Shown piece by piece: positions 25,470-37,635 of a DNA stretch of 64,000 bases; within the stretch, counting starts at the first letter, position 1; each line of letters starts with the position of its first letter. The notes under the pieces were generated by a model. It was not told where the DNA came from. It made no database searches and saw only the letters and a program-made list of their open reading frames with translations. Source of the DNA: Macrostomum lignano (Eukaryota); NCBI GenBank assembly GCA_002269645.1, contig NIVC01003360.1:38431-102430 (forward strand), written 5' to 3'. The position numbers were made by a program, and so were the translations under genes.

Positions 25470-26340
25470 TAGCAACTGAGGATCTGGGAGGCTGGCCCAC
25501 CAACTGGGGATCTGGGAGGCTGGCCCACAAACTGGGGATCTGGGAGGCTGGCCCAGAAACTGGGGATCTGGGAGGCTGGCCAAGAAACTGGGGATCTGGG
25601 AGGCTGGCCCACCAACTGGGGATCTGGGAGGCTGGTCCACCAACTGAGGATCTGGGAGGCTGGCCCACCAACTGAGGATCTGGGAGGCTGGCCCAGAAAC
25701 TGAGGATCTGGGAGGCTGGCCCAGCAACTGAGGATCTGGGAGGCTGGCCCACCAACTGAGGATCTGGGAGGCTGGCCCACCAACTGAGGATCTGGGAGGC
25801 TGGCCCACCAACTGAGGATCTGGGAGGCTGGCCCACCAACTGGGGATCTGGAAGGCTGGCCCACCAACTGAGGATCTGGGAGGCTGGCCCACCATCTGGG
25901 GATCTGGAAGGCTGGCCCAGCAACTGAGGATCTGGGAGGCTGGCATAGCAACTGAAGATCTGGGAGGCTGGCCCACCAACTGGGGATCTGGGAGGCTGGC
26001 CCACCAACTGGGGATCTCGAAGGCTGGCCCAGCAATTGACACTCTGGGAGGCTGGCCTAGCAACTGAGGATCTGAGAGGCTGGCCCAGCAATTACTAAGG
26101 ATCTGGGAGGCTGGCCCAGCAATTACTAAGGATCTGAGAGGCTGGCCCAGCAACTGAGGATCTGAGAGGCTGGCCCAGCAACTGAAGATCTGGGAGGCTG
26201 GCCCAGCAACTGAAGATCTGGGAGGCTGGCCCAGCAACTGAAGATCTGGGAGGCTGGCACAGCAACTGAGGATCTGGGAGGCTGGCACAGCAACTGAGGA
26301 TCTGGGAGGCTGGCACAGCAACTAAGGATCTGGGAGGATG
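25470..26340. repeat. 28-bp minisatellite (GGGATCTGGGAGGCTGGCCCACCAACTG)n, about 31 copies, just 3' of the RING-NHL gene
   Basis: Read directly. Confidence 0.95.
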
Positions 26341-26420
26341 GGTGGCCCAGTAACTGAGATAAGAAGGGGCACAATATGAATAGTAAGAAAAGTCAGTCAG
26401 ACTAGTCCAACACACGCCAG

Positions 26421-29400
26421 TTAAGCAAGCGAATAAACATAGACAGAGTTCTGACCGCCTAGCAGAGCCAAGTGGCCGGACTCGCTCAGAGCAAATTTCC
26501 GACACTTGCAGAACGTGCCAAGCTCCAGCTCTATGGATTTCAGCAGGGCGCCGGCGGTAACTCCGATTGACGGCGCGCTGTCTGCTGCTAGGACAGTCAG
26601 AATAGCGCAATAACAGCCGGCGGTGGATGAGCTGGTAGGGCGCTTTAGAACGGCCGAGCCGACAACAACAATGGCGCCGTCCGTGTGACGAACTGCAACA
26701 CCGCAAGGCTGATCGGTGATGCCAGGACCGCCTAGCTTAGATAACAGATCGCCAATGTAATTGTACACCTGCAGGAATTGCGTAGATAATGATATAATTA
26801 GTATGAAAATCAATTATACTCGTAAAGCCGTAGCCCATTTAGTGCATGTTAATGAATTTTTTCAAGTGTTTAAAGCCACAAATGTAAGCTAGACATCTAG
26901 CTGGAGCCAAGCTGTACAGATATCAAGTTGGAGATAACCTGTACAGATATCAAGTTGGAACCAAGCTGTACAGATATAAAGTTCAGACCAAGCTGTACAG
27001 TCATCAAGCTGGAGCCAAGCTGTACAGATTTCTAGCTGGAGTCAAACTGTACAGATATCAAGCTGGAGCCAAGCTGTACAGATATCTAGCTGGAGCTAAA
27101 CTGAACAGAAATCAGTCTGGAGTCAAACTGTACAGATATCAGTCTGGAGCCAAACTGTACAGATATCCAGCTGGAGCCAAACTGTACAGATATCCAGCTG
27201 GCGCCAAATTGTACAGATATCAAGTTTGGACTAAGCTGTACAGATATCAAGCTAGAGCCAAACTGTACAGATATCAAGCTGGAGCCAAACTGTACAGATA
27301 TCAAGCTGGAGCCAAACTGTACAGATATCAAGCTGGAGCCAAACTGTACAGATATCAAGCTGGAGCCAAACTGTACAGATATCAAGCTGGAGCCAAACTG
27401 TACAGATATCAAGCTGGAGCCAAACTGTACAGATATCAAGCTGGAGCTAAACTGTACAGATATCAAGCTGGAGCCAAACTGTACAGATATCCAGCTGGCG
27501 CCAAATTGTACAGATATCAAGTTTGGACTAAGCTGTACAGATATCAAGCTAGAGCCAAACTGTACAGATATCAAGCTGGAGCCAAACTGTACAGATATCA
27601 AGCTGGAGCCAAACTGTACAGATATCAAGCTGGAGCCAAACTATACAGATATCAAGCTGGAGCCAAACTGTACAGATATCAAGCTGCAGAAAAACAGAAA
27701 ACAAATAATCAAGCATACCATAACGCAGCCGCCGCAGTAGTCGCTAACGTAGAGTCGATAGACCGCGTCAACCGCAACGCCAGTAGGTTCGAAAAGTTGA
27801 GCGCAGATGAAATTGGTTAGCAACTGGCAGCCAGGATTGAACAATACAGCACGGAACTGTTTAGCATCCTGATCCCTAATACCAAGACTGCGCCTCTTGC
27901 TGCGCCCGTCCAGCACCAGGACGCGACCGTCTTTGTCAAAGCACAGAGCCCGGGGCGCTCGCAGTTCGGCATCGGCGCCGAACACTTTCAGTTGGGTGCG
28001 GCCGCCAAAGGCGTACAGTAATAATCGAATTGAAGCCTGATCGGTGTCGCATATTACTATGTTGCCTGTGGCGCGGTGTACAGCCACCTGAAGCGGGCGA
28101 TAGGGATGATAGTGATTTTTGGGGCATTGTATGCAGAGGGAGATTTTGAAGGGATTGTATACAGAGGGAGATTTTGAAGGGATTGTATACAGAGGGAGAT
28201 TTTGAAGGGATTGTATGCAGGGGGAGATTTTGAAGGGATTGTATGCAGAGGGAGGCAGTTTTGAAGGCATTGTATACAGAGGGAGATTTTGAAGGCATTG
28301 TATGCAGAGGGAGATTTTGAAGGGATTGTATGCAGAGGGAGGCAGTTTTGAAGGCATTGTATACAGAGGGAGATTTTGAAGGCATTGTATGCAGAGGGAG
28401 GCAGTTTTGAAGGGATTGTATGCAGAAGGAGATTTTGAAGGGATTGTATGCAGAGGGAGATTTTGAAGGCATTGTATGCAGAGGGAGATTTTGAAGGGAT
28501 TGTATACAGAGGGGGATTTTGAAGGGATTGTATGCAGAGGGAGATTTTGAAGGGATTGTATGCAGAGGGAGATTTTGAAGGGATTGTATACAGAGGGAGA
28601 TTTTGAAGGGATTGTATGCAGAGGGAGATTTTGAAGGGATTGTATACAGAGGGAGATTTTGAAGGGATTGTATACAGAGGGAGATTTTGAAGGGATTGTA
28701 TGCAGAGGGAGATTTTGAAGGGATTGTATGCAGAGGGAGATTTTGAAGGGATTGTATGCAGAGGGAGGCAGTTTTGAAGGGATTGTATGCAGAAGGAGAT
28801 TTTGAAGGGATTGTATGCAGAGGGAGGCAGTTTTGAAGGCATTGTATGCAGAGGGAGATTTTGAAGGGATTGTATGCAGAGGGAGGCAGTTTTGAAGGCA
28901 TTGTATACAGAGGGAGATTTTGAAGGCATTGTATGCAGAGGGAGGCAGTTTTGAAGGGATTGTATGCAGAAGGAGATTTTGAAGGGATTGTATGCAGAGG
29001 GAGATTTTGAAGGCATTGTATGCAGAGGGAGATTTTGAAGGGATTGTATACAGAGGGGGATTTTGAAGGGATTGTATGCAGAGGGAGATTTTGAAGGGAT
29101 TGTATGCAGAGGGAGATTTTGAAGGGATTGTATGCAGAGGGAGATTTTGAAGGGATTGTATGCAGAGGGAGGCAGTTTTGAAGGGATTGTATGCAGAAGG
29201 AGATTTTGAAGGCGATAGTGAAAATGTGAAAACATTGCATTAAGATACTTTAAACAGAGCGGTTGCTTTTTACCAGCTCCGGACACTTCAGCTGATCTTG
29301 TTGACACCTGGCACCGCCGCCACCGCCTAGGCAATAGGCCTGACAGCCGGTAGTCAATTTGAACGCTCGAACGCAGCCGCCCAGTCCGTCAGCAACTAGA

Positions 29401-32400
29401 ATATCGCCTGACGGTGAAACCGCTAAACAAGACGTTCGACGATTCCCGGTAGTGTCCAGTTTACTGAAGTTCCAGGTAGAGCAGGGGCGATTATAAGTCT
29501 TTTACTAATAGTGTATCACAAAGCACAAAAAAATTAGGGAGGATCTGAGGAATTGGGATTTGGATGGGATCTGGGGAATGTTGATTTCGATGGGCATCTG
29601 GGGAATGATGATTCCGATGGGGATCTGAGGAATGATGATTCCGATGGGGATATTGACGGGGATCAAAAGATTGGGGATTCCGGTCTGGATCTGGGGAATG
29701 GTTTTTCCCATGGGATCATGCGAGTGGGATTTTGATGGGATCTAGGGAATGAGGATTGAGTTTTCAATGGGGATCTGTTAAATTTCCCTTTACCGTTGAA
29801 AAAAAGTAAAAAACACACCACGCTACTCACAGTAGTGACTTTAGACGCAATATTTTCAAAGTCGGCTGAGCAGTAGAGGGACAAGTTCGATTTGGAAAAT
29901 CAACCTGAACTGGCTGGCGATTCTCTTTATTAAAAGTGCAAGGCATACTTTGCCGACGATTTAAATTGAAGCTCTGAACATTGGTGTTGTTGTTGTTCTT
30001 ATCGCCAACTGTGCTGGCAGCGTGAGAATTATAATTATTATTACTGCCAGTTGAAGGCTGCTGCTGACGAAGCTTAGACATCTGACGATTGTAAACAATA
30101 GCACCCATTAATAAATGGGCATTGGCAGCTACGGGCATTGGTTGTACATAGCGAAGACAGTCGGCAGGGTCGCGATGTAACAGCGGATAGCGGCGGTTCA
30201 GGACCTGCGGTGCGGAGTGGGTAAATCAGCAATAATATCTGCATTAGCCAATTTTAGGAATCTAAGCATTCTTCAGTATTAAAGGCAATAGGGTCTTTTA
30301 TTGAGGATCCTGACAACGGGGACTTGGATCTGGCAATGGGGATTCGGATGAGGATCTGGGAATGGGGATTCGGTTAGGGATCTGGGAATGGGGATTCGGT
30401 TGGGGATCTGGGAATGAGGATTCGGTTGGGGATCTGGGAATGGGATTCGGTTGGGGATCTGGGAATGAGGATTCGGTTGGGGATCTGGGAATGGGGATTC
30501 GGTTAGGGATCTGGGAATGGGGATTCGGTTGGGGATTCGGTTGGGGATCTGGGAATGGGGATTCGGTTGGGGATCTGGGAATGGGATTCGGTTGGGGATC
30601 TGGGAATGGGGATTCGGTTGGGGATCTGGGAATGGGGATTCGGTTGGGGATCTGGGAATGGGATTCGGTTGGGGATCTGAGAATGGGATTCGGTTGGGGA
30701 TCTGGGAATGGGGATTCGGTTAGGGATCTGGGAATGGGGATTCGGATGAGAACCTGGGAATGGGGATTCGGTTGGGGATCTGGGAATGGGGATTCGGTTA
30801 GGGATCTGGGAATGGGGATTCGGTTGAGGATCTGAGAATAGGATTCGGTTAGGGATCTGGCAATGGGGATTCGGATTAGAATCTGGGAATGGAGATTCGG
30901 TTAGGGATCTGGCAATGGGGATTCGGATTAGAATCTGGGAATGGAGATTCGGATGAGAATCTGGGAATGGAGATTCGGTTGGGGATCTGGGAATGGGGAT
31001 TCGGTTAGGGATCTGGGAATGGAGATTCGGTTAGGGATCTGGGAATGGAGATTCGGTTGGGGATCTGGGAATGGGGATTCGGTTGGGGATCTGGGAATGG
31101 GATTCGGTTGGGGATCTGAGAATGGAATTCGGTTAGGGATCTGGCAATGGGGATTCGGATTAGAATCTGGGAATGGAGATTCGGATGAGAATCTGGGAAT
31201 GGGGATTCGGTTAGGGATCTGGGAATGGGGATTCGGTTGGGGATCTAAGAATGGGATTCGGTTAGGGATCTGGGAATGGGGATTCGGTTGGGGATCTAGG
31301 AATGGGGATTCGGTTGGGGATCTGGGAATGGGGATTCGGTTAGGGATCTGGGAATGGGGATTCGTTTGGGGATCTGGGAATGGGATTCGGTTGGGGATCT
31401 GGGAATGGGGATTCGGTTAGGGATCTGGGAATGGGGATTCGGTTAGGGATCTGGGAATGGGGATTCGGTTAGGGATCTGGGAATGGGGATTCGGTTAGGG
31501 ATCTGGGAATGGGGATTCGGTTGGGGATCTGGGAATGGGATTCGGTTGGGGATCTGAGAATGGGATTCGGTTGGGGATCTGGGAATCGGGATTCGGTTAG
31601 GGATCTGGGAATGGGGATTCGGATGAAAATCTGGGAATGGGGATTCGGTTGAGGATCTGAGAATAGGATTCGGTTAGGGATCTGGGAATGGGGATTCGGT
31701 TGGGGATCTGGGAATGGGATTCGGTTGGGGATCTGAGAATGGGATTCGGTTAGGGATCTGGGAATGGGGATTCGGTTAGGGATCTGGGAATGGGGATTCG
31801 GTTAGGGATCTGAGAATTTGGATTCGGTTGGGGATCTGGGAATGGGATTCGGTTGGGGATCTGGGAATGGGATTCGGTTGGGGATCTGGGAATGGGGATT
31901 CGGTTAGGGATCTGGAAATGGGGATTCGGTTAGGGATCTGGGAATGGGGATTCGGTTGGGGATCTGGGAATGGGATTCGGTTGGGGATCTGAGAATGGGA
32001 TTCGGTTAGGGATCTGGGAATGGGGATTCGGTTGGGGATCTAGGAATGGGGATTCGGTTGGGGATCTGGGAATGGGGATTCGGTTAGGGATCTGGGAATG
32101 GGGATTCGGTTGGGGATCTGGGAATGGGGATTCGTTTGGGGATCTGGGAATGGGATTCGGTTGGGGATCTGGGAATGGGGATTCGGTTAGGGATCTGGGA
32201 ATGGGGATTCGGTTAGGGATCTGGGAATGGGGATTCGGTTGGGGATCTGGGAATGGGATTCGGTTGGGGATCTGAGAATGGGATTCGGTTGGGGATCTGG
32301 GAATGGGGATTCGGTTAGGGATCTGGGAATGGGGATTCGGATGAGAACCTGGGAATGGGGATTCGGTTGGGGATCTGGGAACGGGGATTCGGTTAGGGAT

Positions 32401-35400
32401 CTGGGAATGGGGATTCGGTTGGGGATCTGGGAACGGGGATTCGGTTGGGGATCTGGGAATGGGGATTCGGTTGGGGATCTGGCAATGGGGATTCGGTTGG
32501 GGATCTGGCAATGGGGATTTCTATGAAGATCTGGGGAACTACTGGCGAGGATCTAGAGGATCAAGAATATGAGATTCTAATGCGGATCTTTACAGATAGA
32601 AATAGAATAGAGATATAAAAACACAAAAATGCTTACCTCGTCCAGTTTTCCTTCAACAGTGGTCAGTAGCATAGCCAATTCAGACGGATTAGCCCCGACA
32701 GTTAAATGCGCTTTCACCAGAGCCAGCAGGCGAGAAAGCGCCTCCCGATCGGCCATCAGATGCCGCCTTGTCGATGAAACTTCGCTAGCCAGTGTGGCAC
32801 TACAGCTGGCCAACTCTGTCAGCAGCTCAGCGCGACGGTTTTCCACCTCCCTGTGGGGCAGTGGGCGGAATCCATCTGTTTGTATTTACCTGTCAGTCAG
32901 TCTGTATCTACCTGTCAGTCAGTCTGTATCTACCTGTCGGTCAGTCTGTATCTACCTGTCAGTCAGTCTGTATCTACCTGTCAGTCAGTCTGTATCTACC
33001 TGCCAGTCAGTCTGTATCTACCTGTCAGTCAGTCTGTATCTAACTGCCAGTCAGTCTGTATCTACCTGTTAGTCTGTATCTACCTGCCAGTCTGTATCTA
33101 CCTGTCAGTCTGTATCTACCTGTCAGTCACTGTATCTACCTGTAAGTCAGCCTGTATCTACCTGTAAGTCTGTATCAACCTGTCAGTCTGTATCAACCTG
33201 TCAGTCGGTCTGTATCAACCTGTCAGTCTGTATCTACCTGTCAGTCGGTCCGTATCAACCTGTCAGTCTGTATCTACCTGTCAGTCGGTCTGTATCTACC
33301 TGTCAGTCAGTCTTTATCTACCTGTTAGTCTGTATCTACCTGCCAGTCTGTATCTACCTGTCAGTCTGTATTTACCTGTCAGTCACTGTATCTACCTGTA
33401 AGTCAGCCTGCATCTACCTGTCAACTCTGTATCTACCTGTCAGTCAGTCTGTATCTACCTGTAAGTCTGTATCAACCTGTAAGTCTGTATCAACCTGTCA
33501 GTCTGTATCAACCTGTCAGTCTGTATCTGCCTGTCAGTCAGTCTGTATCTACCTGTCAGTCGGTCTGTATCAACCTGTCAGTCTGTATCAACCTGTCAGT
33601 CGGTCTGTATCAACCTGTCAGTCTGTATCTACCTGTCAGTCGGTCTGTATCAACCTGTCAGTCTGTATCTGCCTGTCAGTCAGTCTGTATCTACCTGTCA
33701 GTCGGTCTGTATCAACCTGTCAGTCTGTATCAACCTGTCAGTCTGTATCTGCCTGTCAGTCAGTCTGTATCTACCTGTCAGTCGGTCTGTATCAACCTGT
33801 CAGTCTGTATCAACCTGTCAGTCGGTCTGTATCAACCTGTCAGTCTGTATCAACCTGTCGGTCTGTATCAACCTGTCAGTCTGTATCTGCCTGTCAGTCA
33901 GTCTGTATCTACCTGTCAGTCGGTCTGTATCAACCTGTCAGTCTGTATCAACCTGTCAGTCGGTCTGTATCAACCTGTCAGTCTGTATCAACATGTCGGT
34001 CTGTATCAACCTGTCAGTCTGTATCAACCTGTCAGTCGGTCTGTATCAACCTGTCAGTCGGTCTGTATCAACCTGTCAGTCTGTATCTGCCTGTCAGTCA
34101 GTCTGTATCTACCTGTCAGTCGGTCTGTATCAACCTGTCAGTCTGTATCTACCTGTCAGTCGGTCTGTATCAACCTGTCAGTCTGTATCTGCCTGTCAGT
34201 CAGTCTGTATCAACCTGTCAGTCTGTATCAACCTGTCAGTCGGTCTGTATCAACCTGTCAGTCTGTATCAACCTGTCAGTCAGTCTGTATCTACCTGTCA
34301 GTCGGTCTGTATCAACCTGTCAGTCTGTATCAACCTGTCAGTCAGTCTGCATCTACCTGTCAGTCGGTCTGTATCAACCTGTCAGTCGGTCTGTATCAAC
34401 CTGTCAGTCTGTATCAACCTGTCAGTCAGTCTGCATCTACCTGTCAGTCAGTCTGTATCAACCTGTCAGTCTGTATCTACCTGTCAGTCGGTCTGTATCT
34501 ACCTGTCAGTCTGTATCTACCTGTCAGTCAGTCTGTATCTACCTGTCAGTCGGTCTGTATCTACCTGTCAGTCAGTCTGATCTATCTGCCTTTCTTCCAG
34601 TCTTCAGCGCATTCAGAAGATATTGTGAGAAAAGCCAAATTACGCAAAGTATTTTGAATACAGTTATATTAAAATTTGGCCCACCTCAGGTAGTCCAATC
34701 GACAGCGTTCAATAGAAGCAGCAGCCTGGGTCGTGGCGGCTGTCAGCGAAGCCTCCAACTGTGGCAGCAGACGGTCTCGATAATCCATGAGCAGACGGTG
34801 CCGATTGGCTGCAGCGAGACCAGCGGCGGCCAGACGACCAGCTTCAACATCGTCAATTGGCTTTGACGCCTCGCTAACAACAGGCGACAAATGGGCAGCC
34901 TGGTTAGCATAGCCTGTTAGATAACGCTTGGCCGCAAAATTTTCCAATAGACTTGACACTGGCGCGTGGCTGCCACCAGAAGAGACCGAGCAGCGACGGC
35001 AGCGGACTGCGGACACCGAGCCACTACTGTCTGCGCCTAGCTGAGCCGCTTTGCCCTGCTGCAGGCAGCTGTTTCGGGTTTGATTTATTCTTTTTTATAA
35101 TAATTTCGGTTGGAACTTGTCAATTAATTCAAAATAAACTCTTTGCCTACTGTTAGTAGCTTAACTTGCTCATTTCCCGTTGGTAAGAAATAAATTTAAA
35201 GAAGATCTTAGAAACTAACGCGTGTCGTGCAAAGCATACAATAAATAGGGATTCTGATAAGAATATAGAAATTAGGGATTTCGATGGGCATCTGGGGAAT
35301 GGGGATTTCAATGGGGATCTGAAGGGTGGGGTTTTCAATGGGGATCTGGGGGATGGGGATTTTGATAGATCTGGGAATGGAAATTTTGATGGGGATCTGA

Positions 35401-35862
35401 GGGATGGGGATTTTGATGGGGATCTGGGGGATGGGGATTTTGATCGGGATCTGGGAATGGGGATTCTGATGGGGATCTGGGGAATGGGGATTCTGATGGG
35501 GATCTGGGGAATGGGATTTTGATAGGGATCTGAAAAAACGGATTTTCATCTAAAATCTGAGTTGGAAGCCGGAACACAACAAACAATAAGAATCCTTACC
35601 CAGTGCAGTAGTGATGGCCACATGGCATAACTAGAGTGGGTCGGACCTGTCCACACTGGCCGCAAGTGACAGTCCAACGAATGCGCCTGCCAGGACCACA
35701 GTCGGGATCTAGAAGGTCAGGCTCATCTACGCATGACAATGATGGACTGGTTGCCAATAAAGCAGATGGCGGGGACTCATAGGATTGCTCAGGCTTTGTT
35801 GGGGTGCTAGCCTCAGACAGGTAAGGTGCAAAGCCACACACCAAATTGCGACTATTGATATC
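26421..35862 (-). CDS. RING + coiled-coil + NHL-repeat E3-ligase-like protein (TRIM-NHL-like, no B-box seen); exons 35862-35600, 35068-34685, 32850-32637, 30204-29831, 29463-29274, 28087-27719, 26768-26421; 713 aa, initiator ATG missing
   Basis: All six GT-AG junctions keep the frame (2142 nt). C3HC4 RING split across exons 1-2 (CGQC...PCGHHYCTG|C...CRRC); helical exons 2-3; NHL repeats LAVSPSGDILVAD, VAVHRATGNIVICD, PRALCFDKDGRVLVLD, PTGVAVDAVYRLYVSD, PCGVAVRHTDG. Confidence 0.87.
26900..27690. repeat. 27-bp minisatellite (TACAGATATCAAGCTGGAGCCAAACTG)n in intron 6 of the RING-NHL gene
   Basis: About 29 copies read directly. Confidence 0.95.
28128..29215. repeat. 28/31-bp minisatellite (GCAGAGGGAGATTTTGAAGGGATTGTAT)n in intron 5
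   Basis: About 37 copies; the 31-bp variant carries GGCAGTTT. Confidence 0.95.
29535..29775. repeat. Decayed GGGATCTGGGGAATG-type repeat in intron 4
   Basis: Several degenerate units resembling the arrays at 30340-32530 and 35270-35530. Confidence 0.7.
30340..32530. repeat. 25/26-bp G-rich minisatellite (GGGAATGGGGATTCGGTTGGGGATCT)n in intron 3, roughly 85 copies
   Basis: Read directly; dense GGG/GGGG runs. Confidence 0.97.
32875..34585. repeat. 18/22-bp minisatellite (CTGTCAGT[CAGT]CTGTATC[T/A]AC)n in intron 2
   Basis: Read directly; mixed unit lengths. Confidence 0.95.
35270..35535. repeat. About 27-bp degenerate G-rich repeat (GGGATCTGGGGAATGGGGATTCTGATG)n in intron 1
   Basis: About 9 copies read directly. 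Confidence 0.85.
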
Positions 35863-37635
35863 CTGAAACCAATGTTTGATCACAAATAGATTACCAAATT
35901 TCAAATTTTATTAGGCCCAAAAACTAATAACACAGTAATGCGTATAGTATCTAGTTTATACAAAAACATCAGTCAATACAATATAAATCAAATAAATGCA
36001 ACACAATTAAGAAAATAAACTATAAATCTAAGCATATTGACAATGATTAGGAGGTATGTAAGCTGGTCCTAGGTCCAAATTTGGAATGCCAAAAAATGGC
36101 TAATCTGTTATGACACATATCAGGGATGTTGCAAATTTTATACAAAATTTAACCTAGTTGCTTTATTACCTTACCTAAATTCATAATACTAAATTACAAT
36201 CTAATAATATATTCTAGCAGCTTTTGCAATAACCTTTTTACCATAACAAAGAAGCTAGTATATGTCATATTCTGATAAAACACATTGATTATTTAAGCAT
36301 TTATGGTTGTATTAGCATTTTTCTTTGATTATATTAAAAATTAAAAATTATCAACTAGCTACTTCTGGCTGATTCAAGGTTTTTTAACTAATCTTTATAT
36401 TCTTGCATTTATTTGTAAGAAATTAAAATAATAAGTAAAGCCTAATAATACTAAAGTTATTGCTAGTCTAGGATATAATCTATAATCTATGATAAACTTC
36501 ACAAGAATAAAAAAAGCATTTTTGTCTTTATATGGGCATGTTTCTATGGCAATGATTTTTCCACCTACTAAAACATGTCCCATTTGCTTCCAAATAAAAC
36601 TACAGTTTAAAAACATTTTTATATAAACTATGATGCAAAATTGTTATTTAAGGACCAAAAAACTAGTATGAACAATTGTTTCATATCACAATTTAGCAAT
36701 ATATTCTAAAACATATGATTATCACATTCTTGGAATTGCCAAAAATAATATATATTTTTAATATAGTTATATTATATAGCTTTATTTAGCACTTTTAAAA
36801 CTTAATTTAACATTTGTAAAATTTGATATCATTGGCATTTCTAGCCCTATTGAAAACAATGACATTTTCATAGATAGCTATCTAATACACTTTAAAGAAA
36901 TGTTGGTGCAGCATCAAGTGTACTATACCTTGTAGTAAAGCATATCATATTAAGGCTAAGGGACAGCATGCCAGAGGGGCTGAGGCAACATATTAAAGGG
37001 ATAGCACACTAGAGAGGAAGCATATGCATATGCTTAAAGGATAGCATGCAAAAGTGATAGAACATTAAGGCATATTGAAGGATAATGCACTAGATATATA
37101 TTATAATAGAAATGAAATATGACAACAAAATGAGTATATATTTGCTTAGAAAAAATACCATAATTATAAAATATTTAGGGGGGGGGGCTTACTTATTGGT
37201 ATACCTAGGATTTTGGGGGGGGAGAAAGTATGCACTGGTCATTTTCTCATTTAGACTCATTAGGGGCCTAACAGACTAGAACTTAGAAGAGGGAGTAATA
37301 TGGTTTATGGTTATATACTGATACACAAGAGTGTGGCTAGGGGGATGCTTGGCATACAAAGTGTCTTACTTGGTATACTAGATGCACAAAAGTATATGAT
37401 GCTTAGTGCATATCCATGGACTTTTAAAAATTTATTTTAATATAGATTTCTATTTTGTTTGTCTTGACTTAGTGATAGTAATATAATTGGTATACATTGT
37501 AGAGGACTTATAGTTGGTTTCATTCTTGGAGTTATGCTGGAGGAAAACTTATTAAATTTCATCATTTATGCTAGACTTAGACCAAGTTTATGCACTGCAT
37601 GGCATGCCAGCTAGACTAGAGGCGGGGTGTGCATG

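Noticed and set aside
29504-29506. Alternative acceptor (tattag) for exon 5 of the RING-NHL gene
   Set aside because: It leads to a stop within about 30 codons; the acceptor at 29464/29463 keeps the NHL frame.
25383-34580. Many repeat-rich ORFs (WASLPDPQ, YRYQAGAKL, IQSLQNLP, GFGWGSGN, VCIYLSV)
   Set aside because: All map to intronic or flanking minisatellites; only the unique exon segments were kept in the RING-NHL model.
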